A DNA stretch of 64,000 bases, taken from the human T2T-CHM13v2.0 reference genome, Homo sapiens. Shown piece by piece: positions 1 to 13,349 of this stretch. Made by a program: the position numbers and the translations under genes. The DNA is taken from the NCBI RefSeq assembly GCF_009914755.1, contig NC_060927.1. The stretch is one strand, 5' to 3'. Numbering within the stretch: position 1 is the first letter of the stretch; every line of letters starts with the position of its first letter. The notes beneath the pieces were generated by a model. It was not told where the DNA came from. It made no database searches and saw only the letters and a list, made by a program, of their open reading frames with translations.

Positions 1-3000
1 TAATAGCCACAAATGATCCTTTTACTTTCTGCAGTATCAGTTGTCATGCCTTCTTTTTTCTGATTTCATTTTTTCTGGTTTATTTTTATTTGGATCTTCT
101 CTCTTTTTTGTTAGTGTGGCTAAAGTTTTGTCAATTTTGTTTAACTTTTCAAAAAACCAAATATTTGTTTCATTGATCTTTTGTATTTTTTCATTTAAAT
201 TTAATTTATTTCTGCTCTAATCTTTATTATTTCTTTGTTCTACTAATTTTGAGTTTGACTTGCCTTGCTTTTCTAGTTCCCTAAGATGCATCATTAGATT
301 GTTCATTTAAAGGTTTTCCTCTTTTTTGATGTAGGCATTTATAGCTATAAACTTCCCTTAGTACTGCTTTGCCATATCCCATAGGTTTTAATATTTTGTT
401 TTCCATTATTATTTATTTCAATAAATTTTTCAATTTCCATCTTAATTTCTTCATTGACCCACTGGTCATTCCGGAGCATATTGTTTTATTTCCATGTATT
501 AGTATAGCTTCCAAAATTACTCATGATATTAACTAGTTTTATTCCATTGTGGTTGGAGAAGATACTTGATATTATTTCAAGTTTTTAAAAAATGTTTTAA
601 AACTTGCTTTGTGAACTAACATATGGTCTATCCTTGAGAATTCTCCATGTGCTGAAGAAGAGTGTGTATTCTGTAGCTCTTGGATGAAAAGTTCTGTAAA
701 TAAATGTTAGACCCAGTCAGTCTATAGTGCAGATTAAGTCTGATGTTTTTGTTGATTTTCTGTCTGGGATATCTGTCCAATACTGTATGTGGAATTTGAA
801 ATCTAGAGCTATTATTGTATTGGGTCTTATCTCTCTCTTTAGCTCTAATTATATTTGATTTATATATCTAGGTGTTCTAGTGTTGGGTGCATATATATTT
901 AAAATTGTTAAATTATCTTGCTAAATCAACCCTTTTATCATTCTATAGTGACCTTCTTTGTCTCTTATAGCTTTTGCTTTGAAATCTATTTTGTCTGATG
1001 TAAGTATAGTGACTCCTGCTCTTTTTTGGTTTCCACTGGCTTGAAATACCTTTTTTCATCCCTTTATTTTCAGTCTATATATGTTTTTATATGTGAAATG
1101 TTTCTTGTATGCAACAGGTCAGTGGTTTTCTTCATCTATTCATCAAGTCTGTGTCTTTTGACTGAAGAGTTACTCCATTAACATTTAATATTAGTATTGA
1201 TAGGTAAGGTTTTATTCCTGCCATTTTGTTACTTGTTTTCTGGTTGTTTTGTGGTCTTCTCTTCCTTTTGTCTTTCCTTCCTGTCTTCTTCTAGTGAAGG
1301 TGATTTTCTCTGGTGCTATGATCTAGTTTCTTGCTTTTTATTTTTTGTGTCTCCATGATTTTGGTTTGAGGCTACCATAAGGCTTGCAAATATTACCTTA
1401 TAACTCATTAATTTAACCTGGTTACAGCTTAACACTGTTTGCATAAACAAACAAACCATAAACAAGCAAAAACAAAGCAAATAAAAATTTTATACCTTAA
1501 CTTCATCCCCCTGCTTTTAATCTTTTTGTTCTTTTATTTAATTTTATTGTAGTTACTATGTCTTGAAAAGTTGTTGAAGTTATTATTTTTGATTGGTTTA
1601 TTGTTTAGTCTTTCTATTTAGGATAAGAGTAGTTTACACACCACATTTAGAGTGTTCTAATATTCTGTGCTTTTCAGTGTACCTACTATTGACAGTGCAT
1701 TTTGTACCTTCAGGTGATTACATATGGCTCATGAACATCCTTTGCTTTCTGATTGAAGCACTCCCTTTAGCATTTCTTGTAGGATACGTCTGGTGTTGAA
1801 AAAACCCCTCAGCTTTTGTTAGTCTGGGAGTGTCTTTACTTTTTCTTCATGTTTGAAGGATATTTTCACCAGATATATTATTTTAGGGTAAAAGATATTT
1901 TTCTTTCAGCACTTTAAATATGTCATGTCACTCTCTCCTGGCAGGTAAGGTTTCTGATGATACATCTGCTGCCAGATGTATTAGAGCTCCATTGAATATT
2001 ATTTTTATCTTGTCTCATAGTACTTTTAGGACCCTTTCTTTATCCTTGACCCTTGGTAATTTAATTATTAAATTCCTTGAGGTTAGTCTTCTTTGGGTTA
2101 AATCTTCTTGGTGTTCTATAACCTTGTATTTGGATATCCATATCTTTCTTTCGGTTTGGGAAGTCCTCTAATATTATCCCTTTGAATAAACTTTCTACCC
2201 CATGTCTTTCTCTACCCTCTTGAAGGCCAATAACTCTTAGATTTCCCCTTTTAAACTATTTTCTAGATCCTGTTGGCATGCTTACTTTTTTTTAATTCTT
2301 TCTTTTGTCTTCTTTGACTGCGTATTTTTGAATAGCCTGTCTTCAAGCTCACTAATTCTTTCTTCTACTTCATCAACTCTGTAATTAAAAGACTCTGATG
2401 CATTGTTTCGTATGCCAATTGTATTTTTCAGCCCCAGAATTTCTTTTTGAGTTTTTAAAAGTATTTCAATCTCTTTGATAAGTTTATCTGACAGAATTCT
2501 GAATTTCTTTTCTGTATTATCTTGAATTTCTTTGAGTTTCCTCAATACAGTTGTTTTAAATTATCCATCTGAAAGATGACAAATCTCTGATTTTCCCAAA
2601 TTGGTCTCTAGTGTCTTATTTAGTTCACTGATGAGGTCATATTTTCCTGGATGGTGTTGATGCTAGTATATGTTCTTTGCTGTCTGGGCATTGAAGTTTT
2701 CACCTTTCACAGTCTGAGCTTATTTGTACTCATTCTTGGGAATGCTTTTCCAGTATTTGAAAGGAATTGGGTGTTGTGATCTAATCTGTGTCTGTTCTAG
2801 AGGACACCCCAAGCCCAATCATGCTGTGGTTTTTGCACCTTTGTAGAGGTATTGCCTTTACGGTCTTGGACAAAGTCCAGGAGAATTCTCTGGATTACCA
2901 TGCAGAGACTCTTATTCTCTTCCCTTACTTTCTCCCAAGCAAAGTCTCTCTCTCTCTCTCTCTTTGTTCTGAGCCACATAAAGCTGGGATGGAGTGACAC

Positions 3001-4575
3001 AAGTACATTTGTGGGCACCACCAGTATAACTGAGCTGAGTCAGACCTAAAGGTAGCACAGCACTAGTTCTCACCCGAGGTCCGATGTAACCATTACCTGG
3101 TTACTGCCTATGTTTTCTCAGGGCCCTGGGGCTCTACAATCAACCAGTGACAAAGCCTGCCAGGGCTGTGTCAATGCCTTCAGGGCAGTGAGGTGCCCCA
3201 GGCTCCAGGTGGGTCCAGAAATTCTGTATGGGAGTTAGTGACTAGGGCCAAAAATCTCAGGAGTCTACCTGGTGTTCTATCGTGCTGCATCTGAGCTGGC
3301 ACTCAAACCACAAGAAACAATCCTTCACACCCTTCCCTCCTTTTTCCAAAGGCAGAGGAGCCTTACTCCATAGCCACTGCCAGTACAGGTCATGAGGAGT
3401 ACTACCAGACTACTGTCAATGTTTCCTTGAGGCCTGAAGACCCAACGGCTCTTAAATCAGCTTGTAGTGAATGCTGCCTGGCTTGGGACCCACTCTTCAG
3501 AGCAGTGAACTCCCCTCTGGCCCAGAGCAGCTCCAGAAATGCTAACCAAAAGTCAAGTCCTGGAATCAGGGACCCTAGGAGCCTGCTTGGTGTTCAATCC
3601 CTCTGTGGCTGTGCTGGTACCTAAGGTGCAAGACAAAGTCTCCTTTACCTTACCCTGGGCTTTTCTCAAGCAGAAGGACTTTTGCCCCATGACCACCATA
3701 GCTGGTAATGTGCTGAGTCTCAGAGGCTCACCCAAGGCACTCAGCATAGTATTTGCATATAGCTGCTAGCTATTCATACGCACAAGACTCTTCAGTTAGT
3801 AGGTGATGAATGCTGCCAGGACTGAGTCTTTTTCTTTAAGGCAGTGGATTCCCTTCTGGCCCAGGGTGTGTCTAGGAATGTCATCTGGGGGCTAGGGCCT
3901 GGAATGGGGGCATCACAACTTTTGCCACTGCCGTATTCTGCTGTGGCTGAGCGGGGATCCAAGATGCAAGAAAGAGTCCACCCCACTCTTCCTTCTCCTC
4001 TCCTCAAGTGGGAGGAAGGGGTCTTTTTTGGAGCTGTGAGCTGTACAGCCTTAGGTTAGGGGAGAGGTGATGCCAGCACTCTCTTAGCTGCCCTGGTTGG
4101 TGTCTCATTATGTCACCTGCCCCTACAGTCCACTGTCTTTCAGCCTAGTTCAGCACTGGGACTCATTTAAGAGTTAGAGTCCTTATGACCTAGACTGCCT
4201 TTAAAGTTCCTTCAGGGACACAGAGCACTGTAGCCCACAGTGATGAGATTTGCAGCAAGTTCAGATCACTGGGATTGGAAATTCCCCTCTGTCTGGGGCT
4301 GGTTTAAATTCTCCCTCCATGGACAGGCATCAGCTGAGTTTGATCCAGTGTTCCTTTCTGCTCTAACAGGATACACTGAATTCATTGCCTCACAATTGCT
4401 GTGTTCTCAGTGTCCAGAGACACTTTCTGCACCATGTGGCCACTGCCAGGGGTGGAGAAGGGATGGTGTCAGTGATTCAAGCCTGTTTTTTATATCTCTT
4501 CAGAGCCGTTTTGAGCAATACAAAGATAAATCAGGTACTATTAGGCCTCACCTGGTTTTTGGTTCTTATAAAGGG

Positions 4576-4612
<37 letters not shown>

Positions 4613-4708
4613 CTGTGTAGATAGTTGTAAATTGGTGTTCTTGTGGCAGAGAGGTGGGGGACTATTGGTGGAGTATTCTATTCTGTCATCTTGCTCTGCC
4701 TCTCCTCC
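1..4708 (-). mobile_element. L1 (L1MA/L1PB-era) 5' half: ORF2 endonuclease region, inter-ORF spacer, ORF1 and ~2 kb 5'UTR; runs off the window's left edge
   Basis: Minus ORF 2282-2545 (EIEILLKTQKEILGLKN...RVDEVEERISELEDRLF) is the L1 ORF1 coiled coil. Bases 1-900 are colinear with the ORF2 N-terminus of the L1 at ~13680-14580. The minus-strand 5' end reads GGAGAGGCAGAGCAAGATGACAGAATAG, similar to the L1 start ...CAAGATGGCCGAATAG. Confidence 0.92.
4577..4610. repeat. (TG)17 microsatellite inside the L1 5'UTR
   Basis: Perfect TG run read directly. Confidence 0.97.
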
Positions 4709-6329
4709 CAGCTGCCAAGTGGCCCTGATTTATGACTCAGTAGAGAGTCTGCCTCATGTATAATGGAGATATAAGGTCTCTACAAACCTTCTCTGATATT
4801 TCTCCATGCCTCACAATTATTGGTCACCTGATGTGTGACTGAATTTGCTATTCACTTCTTCTTTCCATATCAACATCTCATCACAATTTACTAACATTGC
4901 TCAGAGGCTACATCTCTCAGGACACAAATAAACATATTATGTAGTCAGCTTTTCACTTGAGATTTTAGCCTATCCATGAATTTAAAACATAGTGTTGGAC
5001 TTTCTTTCTGTATTTCATGTGACTATCCACTGCACATTATTTTTTCCTCCTCTTGGTATTGTTTCTACAGTGCCTTGATGTACTGGACTACTTCACAAAT
5101 AGAAACAATTTTATTTTTATAACTCATAAAACATAAGTATTTATTTTTAATCATATTTGTCTGGGTACTGTTTTGAGTTGTTTTGAAATACAAATAAATT
5201 TTTAAAATACCTTAAACAATAAAAGGTATATACTGATTTTTCTAACTAAAAAGACCTGGTAAAGGTCAGGTTTCAGACAAAGTTTGATCTGAGGTCCACG
5301 TTCAATTCTCTCTGATGATGTTGACTTTGTGTTCTTCCCATATTAACATTTTCTTCATCTGGGGTTCCTGAAACAATCTGGATGTAAATGTTTTCTCATC
5401 TGCTACCAGGAAAAGAATGTACCTCTACCCATAACCTTTGAACAAGACTCCTAAATGTGGTCATAGACCACATAGATTAAACAACTATTCTGAATTTAGC
5501 AATGAGATAAAGTGGGTTGCAATTAACCTAATTGATATAGACCAATAAGGATCCAATCCTGAAATTGACAGTGGTGTTAACTCTACTCAGATCATGGAAC
5601 TAATGTATTAGGATAGAATGGATGTCACTGAGAGAGCTATACTCAACTCTGTAAGTCGACATCTTACAGACCTCATAAACATATGAAAGCTTGTGAAGTT
5701 ACTAAGGTATGCAGAATCCACTGGAAGATATATTAGCCCTTAGAAGTACCTGAGCTATTATAAAACCAAGCTATTTCTCCCAAAAAGGAGACAGTTCAAA
5801 ATTTTAAACATCTATATCTATATGCTCATGTCTAAAGTGCTCAGAAATACTCAGTTTTCTTTGTCAAACTTCTTCCTGAGCCTCTTCATGGCCTAGTGGT
5901 ATTTGGTTAAATGTACATTCATCTTCTTACAATTTTTACACTATTCCATGGTAATAATCATGTCAGTAATAGCTCACATTGGGGAAATAGGAAGGAATGA
6001 ACAGAATACATAAAGCCCATTGACCACAGCACACATTAATGGACAGAAATGCAGAGACTCTTTGACCTGGTGGTATAGTGAATTATTTGGTCAGTCAATC
6101 TGGAAACTTCCACCTTTGCTGTCTGGAAGAATAGCCCTTGTTCACTGTCTTCCACGGCCATCCATAGCTGGCATAGACATAGGCAAGATGTCTTTCTGGA
6201 ACAGGATCAATTTAGTAATTCTATTGAGAGAGTTCTGGAGTCCAAGGGACTGAATTATCATCCAGTTTCTATCATTTCTACTTGAAGATATGTTAGCAAT
6301 GTAGTCTTCTATGTTAGACAAAATTATTT

Positions 6330-6740
6330 TTCCCATTTATTTACCGCATTCTTTCTCTATGCCCTGTGTCATTTTATTTTGCATTTCCTCCTACAAGAGG
6401 TAACATATTTGGTATTGTCATATGACTTGCTTGGCCAATGGCATGACAGTAGACAGGATTTGGCAGAGGACTGAAATGTGCACATGTATTTGAGCTTGTG
6501 TTCAGTGCATGTGCCACTATCATGAAAGGATCATGCCCCAGAAAGTCCATTGGTCACCGAAGAATGATTAAGTCAGAAACCCACGGCCTAGAGCCAACCA
6601 AGCTGAGCTTAACTTTCACATTTATATCCTAACCAAACCGCAGAGATGTAAGTGAGAAATAAAAGCCTCTTATTGCATGCTACTGAGCTTTGTAGTGTTT
6701 TTTTTACAATGCATTATTAGGAATACAGATGTCAGTGACA
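6330..6740 (+). mobile_element. MLT1-type (ERVL-MaLR) LTR, old
   Basis: TATGACTTGCTTGGCCAATGG motif; 3' end AATAAAAGCCTCTTATTG...CTGAGCTTTGTAGTG...GACA resembles the MLT1 LTR terminus. Confidence 0.65.
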
Positions 6741-7250
6741 ACATTAATATCCAGAAGTGGGATAATTTCACAGCAAAAATTTAAAATGTGTAGCATTGAG
6801 TGTAAGGTTAGTAGGGGACAAAGTAACTGTTATAAAAGACCAAAAATTTAGATTAAACCTTATTAAAGGATATTGAAAAAAGCAGAGACATGTCTTATGT
6901 AATGGTCAAACATTTGTTAAAAGTATCACCTATAATAAACTGGGAAATATGAAATATGGCTAATGATCTTGTTGAACGCATCAGCTGGCTCCTACTAGCT
7001 GCATTTGAGAAAGAATAATTTTTTAATAATTTTTTAAAAAGAACAAACTCAGAGGAAAACAGAAAATTTGTTTTGAAAACAAAAATTGGAAGATAATATA
7101 GAAAGCTCAGAAAAATCTAGAACTTGGTTGAAAAATAAAAGTGCTCTCTAACTTCAATAAAAGATTCAATTTAATACAAGTACTGGGGGCCAAACAAGTC
7201 AAGGTCATGTCCAATAAATGCAATTGGAAGCATAGATCAAATCAAAGGTG
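6741..7250 (+). mobile_element. MLT1 internal (MaLR-int) 5' fragment
   Basis: Directly after the LTR, CCAGAAGTGGGAT...AAAATGTGTAGC resembles the MaLR internal start (AGAAGTGGGGTGCTGC...AAAATGTGGAAG). Confidence 0.5.
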
Positions 7251-7289
7251 GTGTGGCCATCACCTCTAAAAGAATCAAGGCGATGCTTC

Positions 7290-7565
7290 TTGGATCTTGT
7301 TCTCCCAGAAGCAGACTATGAGTCAAGCATTTAGGTATAAGTGATTTATGAAGGAAGTACTTCTGGGAGGGAACAGCAAGGGAATGTAGGAAGTAGGATA
7401 AGAAAATAGACAAAACTGAGCACAGTGCAGTTTTAAGCCTGAGAATCAGCCTGAAGCCATGGGGAACTTTTTGTGTATAAATCAGCATTTCAAAGTTTGT
7501 CTTCTTCAGGCAAGAAATTGGGTGGATTTTTGTGTGCCACATAAATTTGGGGCAGTCTGTGACAC
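7290..7565. mobile_element. ERVL-class LTR fragment, subfamily uncertain
   Basis: CCCAGAAGCAGACTATGAGTCAAGCATTTAGGTATAAGTGATTTAT resembles an old ERVL LTR terminus. Confidence 0.45.
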
Positions 7566-8430
7566 CATATTATTTTAGATAAAGCTGATTGATATATTTA
7601 CTTCAAAATTTGGTAGCATTAGATATCAATTCTGTCTCATTATGCCCTAACCAAATTCAAAGCTCATATGATATATAGTTTCTAAATATCCTAGTAGCAA
7701 ATTTCCACATTTTGACAATCTCTCTTACACTCATTTTAACCTGTGTTGAAAATTTTAAGGAAAGTACAATCATTTGGATAGGTGTAGAAGATTGTACCCT
7801 AATCCAAGTTATAACTTTGGCCACTTCTATGCCTCCATGCTTTCACTTCAATTTATCTGTGTGGGGCAGAGACTTAAGCTGGTCCAACTCTATACTCAAC
7901 TCTGGAGTTCCAGGCTTGCAACCACTGGTGATTGCAGTCCTCAGAGAATACTCTCTTAGTGATGTTACAAAATACTGCTTTTTGTGTGAAGCTAAATATA
8001 TCTCTTCATTTAGCACTTCACTGAAGTCTGAATACAGTTGCTTTGAACCCTAATATTCTGATTCTGAGAGTCCTGCTCAATATAGGATTATATGATTTAT
8101 AAAACACACCGATCATGTTTTTCACATCCTACTAATAACCACTGTTATATATATACATAACCCCATCAAAGATAGTATTCAAAATAGCTTTTAAACATGT
8201 TTGGTCTTTTATTTGTGCAACATCAAGATTTTTTAAGCCACATGGAAATTTTCAAATAACAATTCAAACAATAAATGCCAGTGAAAAGTAGTAGAACTGT
8301 AGGAGTGTTAGTGCTGAATGGTGTGATTGTGGATTTATTTTGAACAGAATGTAGACCGGGTATGCTACCTTTAGCATACCTTTATTAAACCATTAAACCA
8401 TTAAACCATACCCTTTAATGGTTAGGTATG

Positions 8431-8720
8431 AAAGAAAAGGAGCCAAGGATGTATATAAGTGTTTTTCTCCCTTTGCCAACTGGAAGAAGGGAGTTTCCAT
8501 ATACTGAGATGAGAAAGATTACAGGAGGAACAGGTTTGGTGGGGAAAATAAGTAGTTTGGTTCTGGACATGTTCTGTTTGAGAAATTTGGCACACTTAGT
8601 AAAATACAAGTAAAGATGATGAGCACATAGCTGGATCTGAAGAGACAGTTCCTAGTGAAAACAACAATTTTGAGATAATATGCTTTTAGATGATACTTAA
8701 CATTATGGAGCTAAACATGA
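8431..8720 (-). mobile_element. LINE-2 (L2) ORF2 fragment
   Basis: Minus translation MSRTKLLIFPTKPVPPVIFLISVYGNSLLPV matches the L2 ORF2 motif (SKTELLIFPPKP..PPVFPISVNG). Confidence 0.8.
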
Positions 8721-10214
8721 TAATATTTGCAATTATTTTGGAGTTTAAGCCTTATCCTCCTGGGTGAATATTTATACTTGTAATCCTGAAGCATTCTGAG
8801 ATTTCACCCCAGTTATGGGTCAAATAACCATAAAAGGTGGTTGATTTTAAGAAAAATATGCATTCTCCTTTCTAAGATACTGCCTGAGTTGAAGTTACTA
8901 TAAAGTCTTCAACAAGGGAGGGTTAATATCCTCAAAGCATTGCTATAAACAGTATCTGGTGAATTTATAAAGTATCTCTCAAATAAAATAAAATCAGTAC
9001 CTGTGAAATAGCAGGTCTACCAAAATTGATAGCTGTGAGATCTCATTAATACATAATATCATTTATAAACTGAGCTTCAAGAAATCATTGATTTTACCCT
9101 AAAATGTTTTTATGTCCTATTTATAAATTCTAAGCTCAGCAACTGTTTTTTTGAGTAGACAAAATATTAATAATTTATGTTGTTACATTATCACAACTTC
9201 TGTATTTTAATGATTTGACATTTTACATTCTGAAAAGTGCAATCCTTCTATGATTTTTTAAACTTGATTCAAATACCTCACATTTTACTATATTTTCATA
9301 TAGTGAAGAGTAAAAATCAACCTTAAAATTATATTATTAAAACTCAAAATCATGATTCTAACCAGATCAGGTACTTAGCATATCAATAATATTAAAGTCC
9401 ATTTATGATAACAATATATCCCTGGTAACAAACATCTGAACCAGAATTCTCTGTGGATTCCATAAGCTATTTCTTGTGAAACTCTGAAATAGTATTTAGA
9501 TGAAAAATGGTTGAAAATTAAGGGATAGATGATTTCTTTTTTGCAGCAGTTCTCAATGTCTTCAACATGGTAATGTTCTTTTTGAACCTGACATTTTTTT
9601 GCTATTTATTTGCATGTGATTTTTAGCACACACTTCAGGGGAAAAAAACCTCTAGATATATACTGTTGTTTACATGTATTGTGTAAGCATATTACTAAAG
9701 GAAAATTGCAATAACCAATGAACAAGAGGAAGTTAATGTATCAAAATATTTACCTATAGACCATACTAATACTCAACTATAAACAATTACAAAATCAAAG
9801 TATAGAGAGATTAGATAGCTAGAGATATATAGATATAGATGATATTGATATAAACACATAGATATGCTGATTTTTAAAACAATTTTGAACAGATGATACG
9901 TTGATAATACCATGGAGTTCATGTTAATGAAAGATAAACATATATTAATAAAACTTGTAATATAACATGTATTCTGTAAATTTATATTTTGAAAATAATG
10001 CATAACTTGATCTATAGTATGAATGAAACTCTATATAAATTGGGTTGTGAACATTAAAACATAATTTTGGGAAAACGTTTTGAAATGCAGCAATGATCCT
10101 TATGATATCCCTAACATATGATTAAACATACTCTTTATCATAGAAATAAATTATATTAAGCATATATCAATATACTTAAGTGCATTTTTAATAAACAGAT
10201 CTAAGCTTAAATTT

Positions 10215-10345
10215 CATATACATTATGGAACTATCAGTTTCCTTAGTCAAATATAAATAATAGTATCTAACTTATAGGTTTTTTTTAGGAGTAAAGGGCT
10301 AATGACAGAAGGTTCAGAATTTTACACAAAGGTTTACATAAATTT
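10215..10345. mobile_element. MIR fragment
   Basis: CAGTTTCCTTAGTCAAATATAAATAATAGTATCTAACTTATAGG resembles the MIR core. Confidence 0.5.
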
Positions 10346-10479
10346 AATATTATTAGGACTGGTATTCACATTTCTAAAAAATGTTAGGGCTGTATATATA
10401 TAGTTTTTGACAATCTGCCCAAATCTCTAAAATTAGATTCAAAAAACAGTTTACAATGAATACATAAAAACAGAAGTAG

Positions 10480-10695
10480 CTAACATCATTCATTTATAGT
10501 TTTATGTCATATCCAAAGGGGTTTGTACATGTTAACCCATTTAATTATTATGTAATGTATGTATTATTGTTACCCCACTTATCCATGAGAAAACTAAGGC
10601 ACAGAGATACTGCCAAATTTCAAACAGCTAGTAAATGGCAGTCCTGGGAATTGAACCAGAAGAAATTAGGCTCCAAGATATCTGATCTTTATTTC
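10480..10695 (-). mobile_element. MIR, left part; interrupted by L1MA and resumes at ~22492
   Basis: CCCCACTTATCCATGAGAAAACTAAGGCACAGAGA...CAGCTAGTAAATGGCAG...GAATTGAACC is the MIR core in reverse orientation. Confidence 0.8.
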
Positions 10696-13305
10696 CTTTT
10701 TTGTTTCAAGTTTTGTGGTTACATACTAGGTGTATATGTTTATTGGGTATAGGAGATATTTTGATACAGGCATGCAATGTGTAATAATCCCAACATGGAA
10801 AATTGAGTATCAACTCCTGCAAGCATTTATTCTTTATGTTACAAGCAATACAATTATACTCTTTATTTTTAATGTAAGATTAAACTATTATTGACTGTAG
10901 TCCCCCTATTATGCTATCAAATACTAGGTCTTATTCATTCTTTCTAACTATGTTTTTGTATCCATTAACCATTCCCACCTTCCCCCATACTCCACACTAC
11001 CCTTCTCAGCCTCTGGTAACCATACTTCTATTGTCTATCTTCATGAGTTCAATTGTTTTGATATTTATATCTCACAAATAAGGAAGAACATGTAATATTT
11101 GTTTGTCTTTCTGTGCCTGGCTTATTCAATTTAACATAAAGATATGCAGTTCTATTTATATTGTTGCAGATGACAGAATCTTATTTTTTTAGGGCTGAAT
11201 AGTACTCCATAGTGTATACGTACCACATTTTCTTTATCCATTTATCTGTTGATGGACACTTAGGTTGCTTCCAAATCTTGGATATTGCAGTGCTGCAACA
11301 AAGACGGGAGTGCAGATATCTCCTAGATATACCGATTTCCATTCTTTTGGGTATGTACGCAGCCATGTGATTGCTGGATCATATGATAGCTCTATTTTCA
11401 GTGTGCTGAGGAACCTTCAAACTGTTCTCCATAGTACTTGTATGAATTTACATTCCCATCAACAGTGTAGGAGTGTTCTCTTTTCTCCACTTCCTCGCCA
11501 GCATTTGTTATTGCCTAACTTTTGAATAAAAGCCATTTTACATGGGATAAGATGACATCTCACTGTAGTTTTGATTTGCATTTCTCTGGTGATCAATAAT
11601 GTTAAGCACTTTTTTATATGTCTGTTTGCAATTTGTATATCTTCTTTTGAGAAATGTATATTTAAATTTTTGCCCTCTTTAAATTGGATTATTATTATTT
11701 TTTTCCTATGGAGTTTTTTGTTTGAACTTCTTATATATTCTGGTTATTAATCTCTTGTCAGAGGGATAGTTTGCAAATATTTTCTCCCATCCTGTGGGTT
11801 GTCTCTTCACTTTGTTAACTGTTTTGTTTTCTGAGCAGAAGCTTTATAACTTAATTTGATCCCATTTGTCTATTTCTGCTCTGGTTACCTGTGCTTGTGG
11901 GGTATTATTCAAGAAATTTTTTGCCCAGACCAATGCCCTAGAGAATTTCCTACTTTTTTTTGCAGTAATTTTATAGTTTGAGTTCTTAAATTTAAGTCTT
12001 AAATTAATTTTGATTTGATTTTTGTATATGATAAAGAGAGTGATCAAGTTTCATTCTTCTGTATATGGAAATCCAGTTTTCTCAGCACCATTTATTGAAG
12101 GGACTATCCTTTCCTCAACGTATTTTCTTGGCATCTTTGATGAGAATGAGTTCACTGTAGGTGTTCAGATTTGTTTCTGGGTTCTGTATTCCGTTCCAAT
12201 GGTCTATGTGTCCTTTTTAATGCCAGTACCATGCTGTTTTGGTGATTATAGCTCTATAGTATAATTTAAAGTCAGGTAATGTGATTCCTTTAGTTTTGTT
12301 CATTTTTTTTAGGATGTCTTTGGTTATTCTGGGTCTTTTGTAATTCCATAGAAATTTTAAAATTATTTCTTTTGTTTCTGCAGAATATGTCATTGATATT
12401 TTGATAAGGATTGCATTGAATCTGTAGATTGCTTTCGATACTGTGGGCATTTTAACAATATTGATTCTTCCAATCAATCAACATGAAATATCTTTCCTTT
12501 TTTTGGTGTCCTCTTCAATTTCTTTCATCAGTCTTTCATAGTTTTCATTGCAGAGGTCTTTTTCTTCTTTGGTTAATTCCTAGGAAATTAATTTTATCTG
12601 TGGCTATTGTAAATGCGATTACTTTCTTGATTTCATTTTCAGATTGGTTGTTCTTGACATAGAGAAATGTTACTGATTTTTGTATATTGATTTTGTATCC
12701 TACAACTTTACAGAATTTGTTTATTAGTTCTAATAGTTTTTTCGTGGAGTCTTTAGGTTTTTTCAAATAAAAGATCATATCACCTACAGGCAAGGATAAT
12801 TTAACTTCTTCTTTTCCATTTTGGATGTCCTTTATTTTCTTCTCTTGTATGATTGCTCTAGCTAAGACTACTAGTACTATGTCGAATAACAGCAGTGAAA
12901 GGGGGGGATCCTAGTCATATTCCAAATCTTAGAGGAAAGGCCTTCAGTTTTTCCCCATTCAGTGTTATATTATCTGTGTCTCTGTCATATATGACTTTTA
13001 TTATGTTTAAATATATTCCTTCTATACCCAGTTTTTTGAGAGTTTCTATCATGAAGAGATATTGAACTTCACCATATACTTTTTCTGAATCACTTGAAAT
13101 GATCATATGGTTTTTGTCCATCATTATGTTGATATGATATATCATATTGTTTGATTTGCATATGTTGTACCATCCTTGCATCACTGGGCTAAATCCCATT
13201 TGGATATAATAAATAATCTTTTTTATGTATTGTTAAATTCAGTTGGCTACTGTTTTATTGAGGATCTTTGCATCAGTATTCATCAGAGATATGGGCCTGG
13301 AGTTT

Positions 13306-13307
<2 letters not shown>

Positions 13308-13348
<41 letters not shown>
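13308..13348. repeat. T41 homopolymer expanded inside L1 ORF2
   Basis: Read directly. Confidence 0.95.

Positions 13349-13349
<1 letters not shown>

Noticed and set aside
4240-4763. ORFs with CVCVCV repeats (similarly poly-F/Y/I ORFs at 13176 and 33282)
   Set aside because: These are translation artefacts of microsatellites and homopolymers.
5215-5650. Possible old MLT1-like LTR (similar weak signals at 38720-38830, 45170-45270 and 55060-55430)
   Set aside because: Resemblance too weak to call a family or boundaries without a repeat library.
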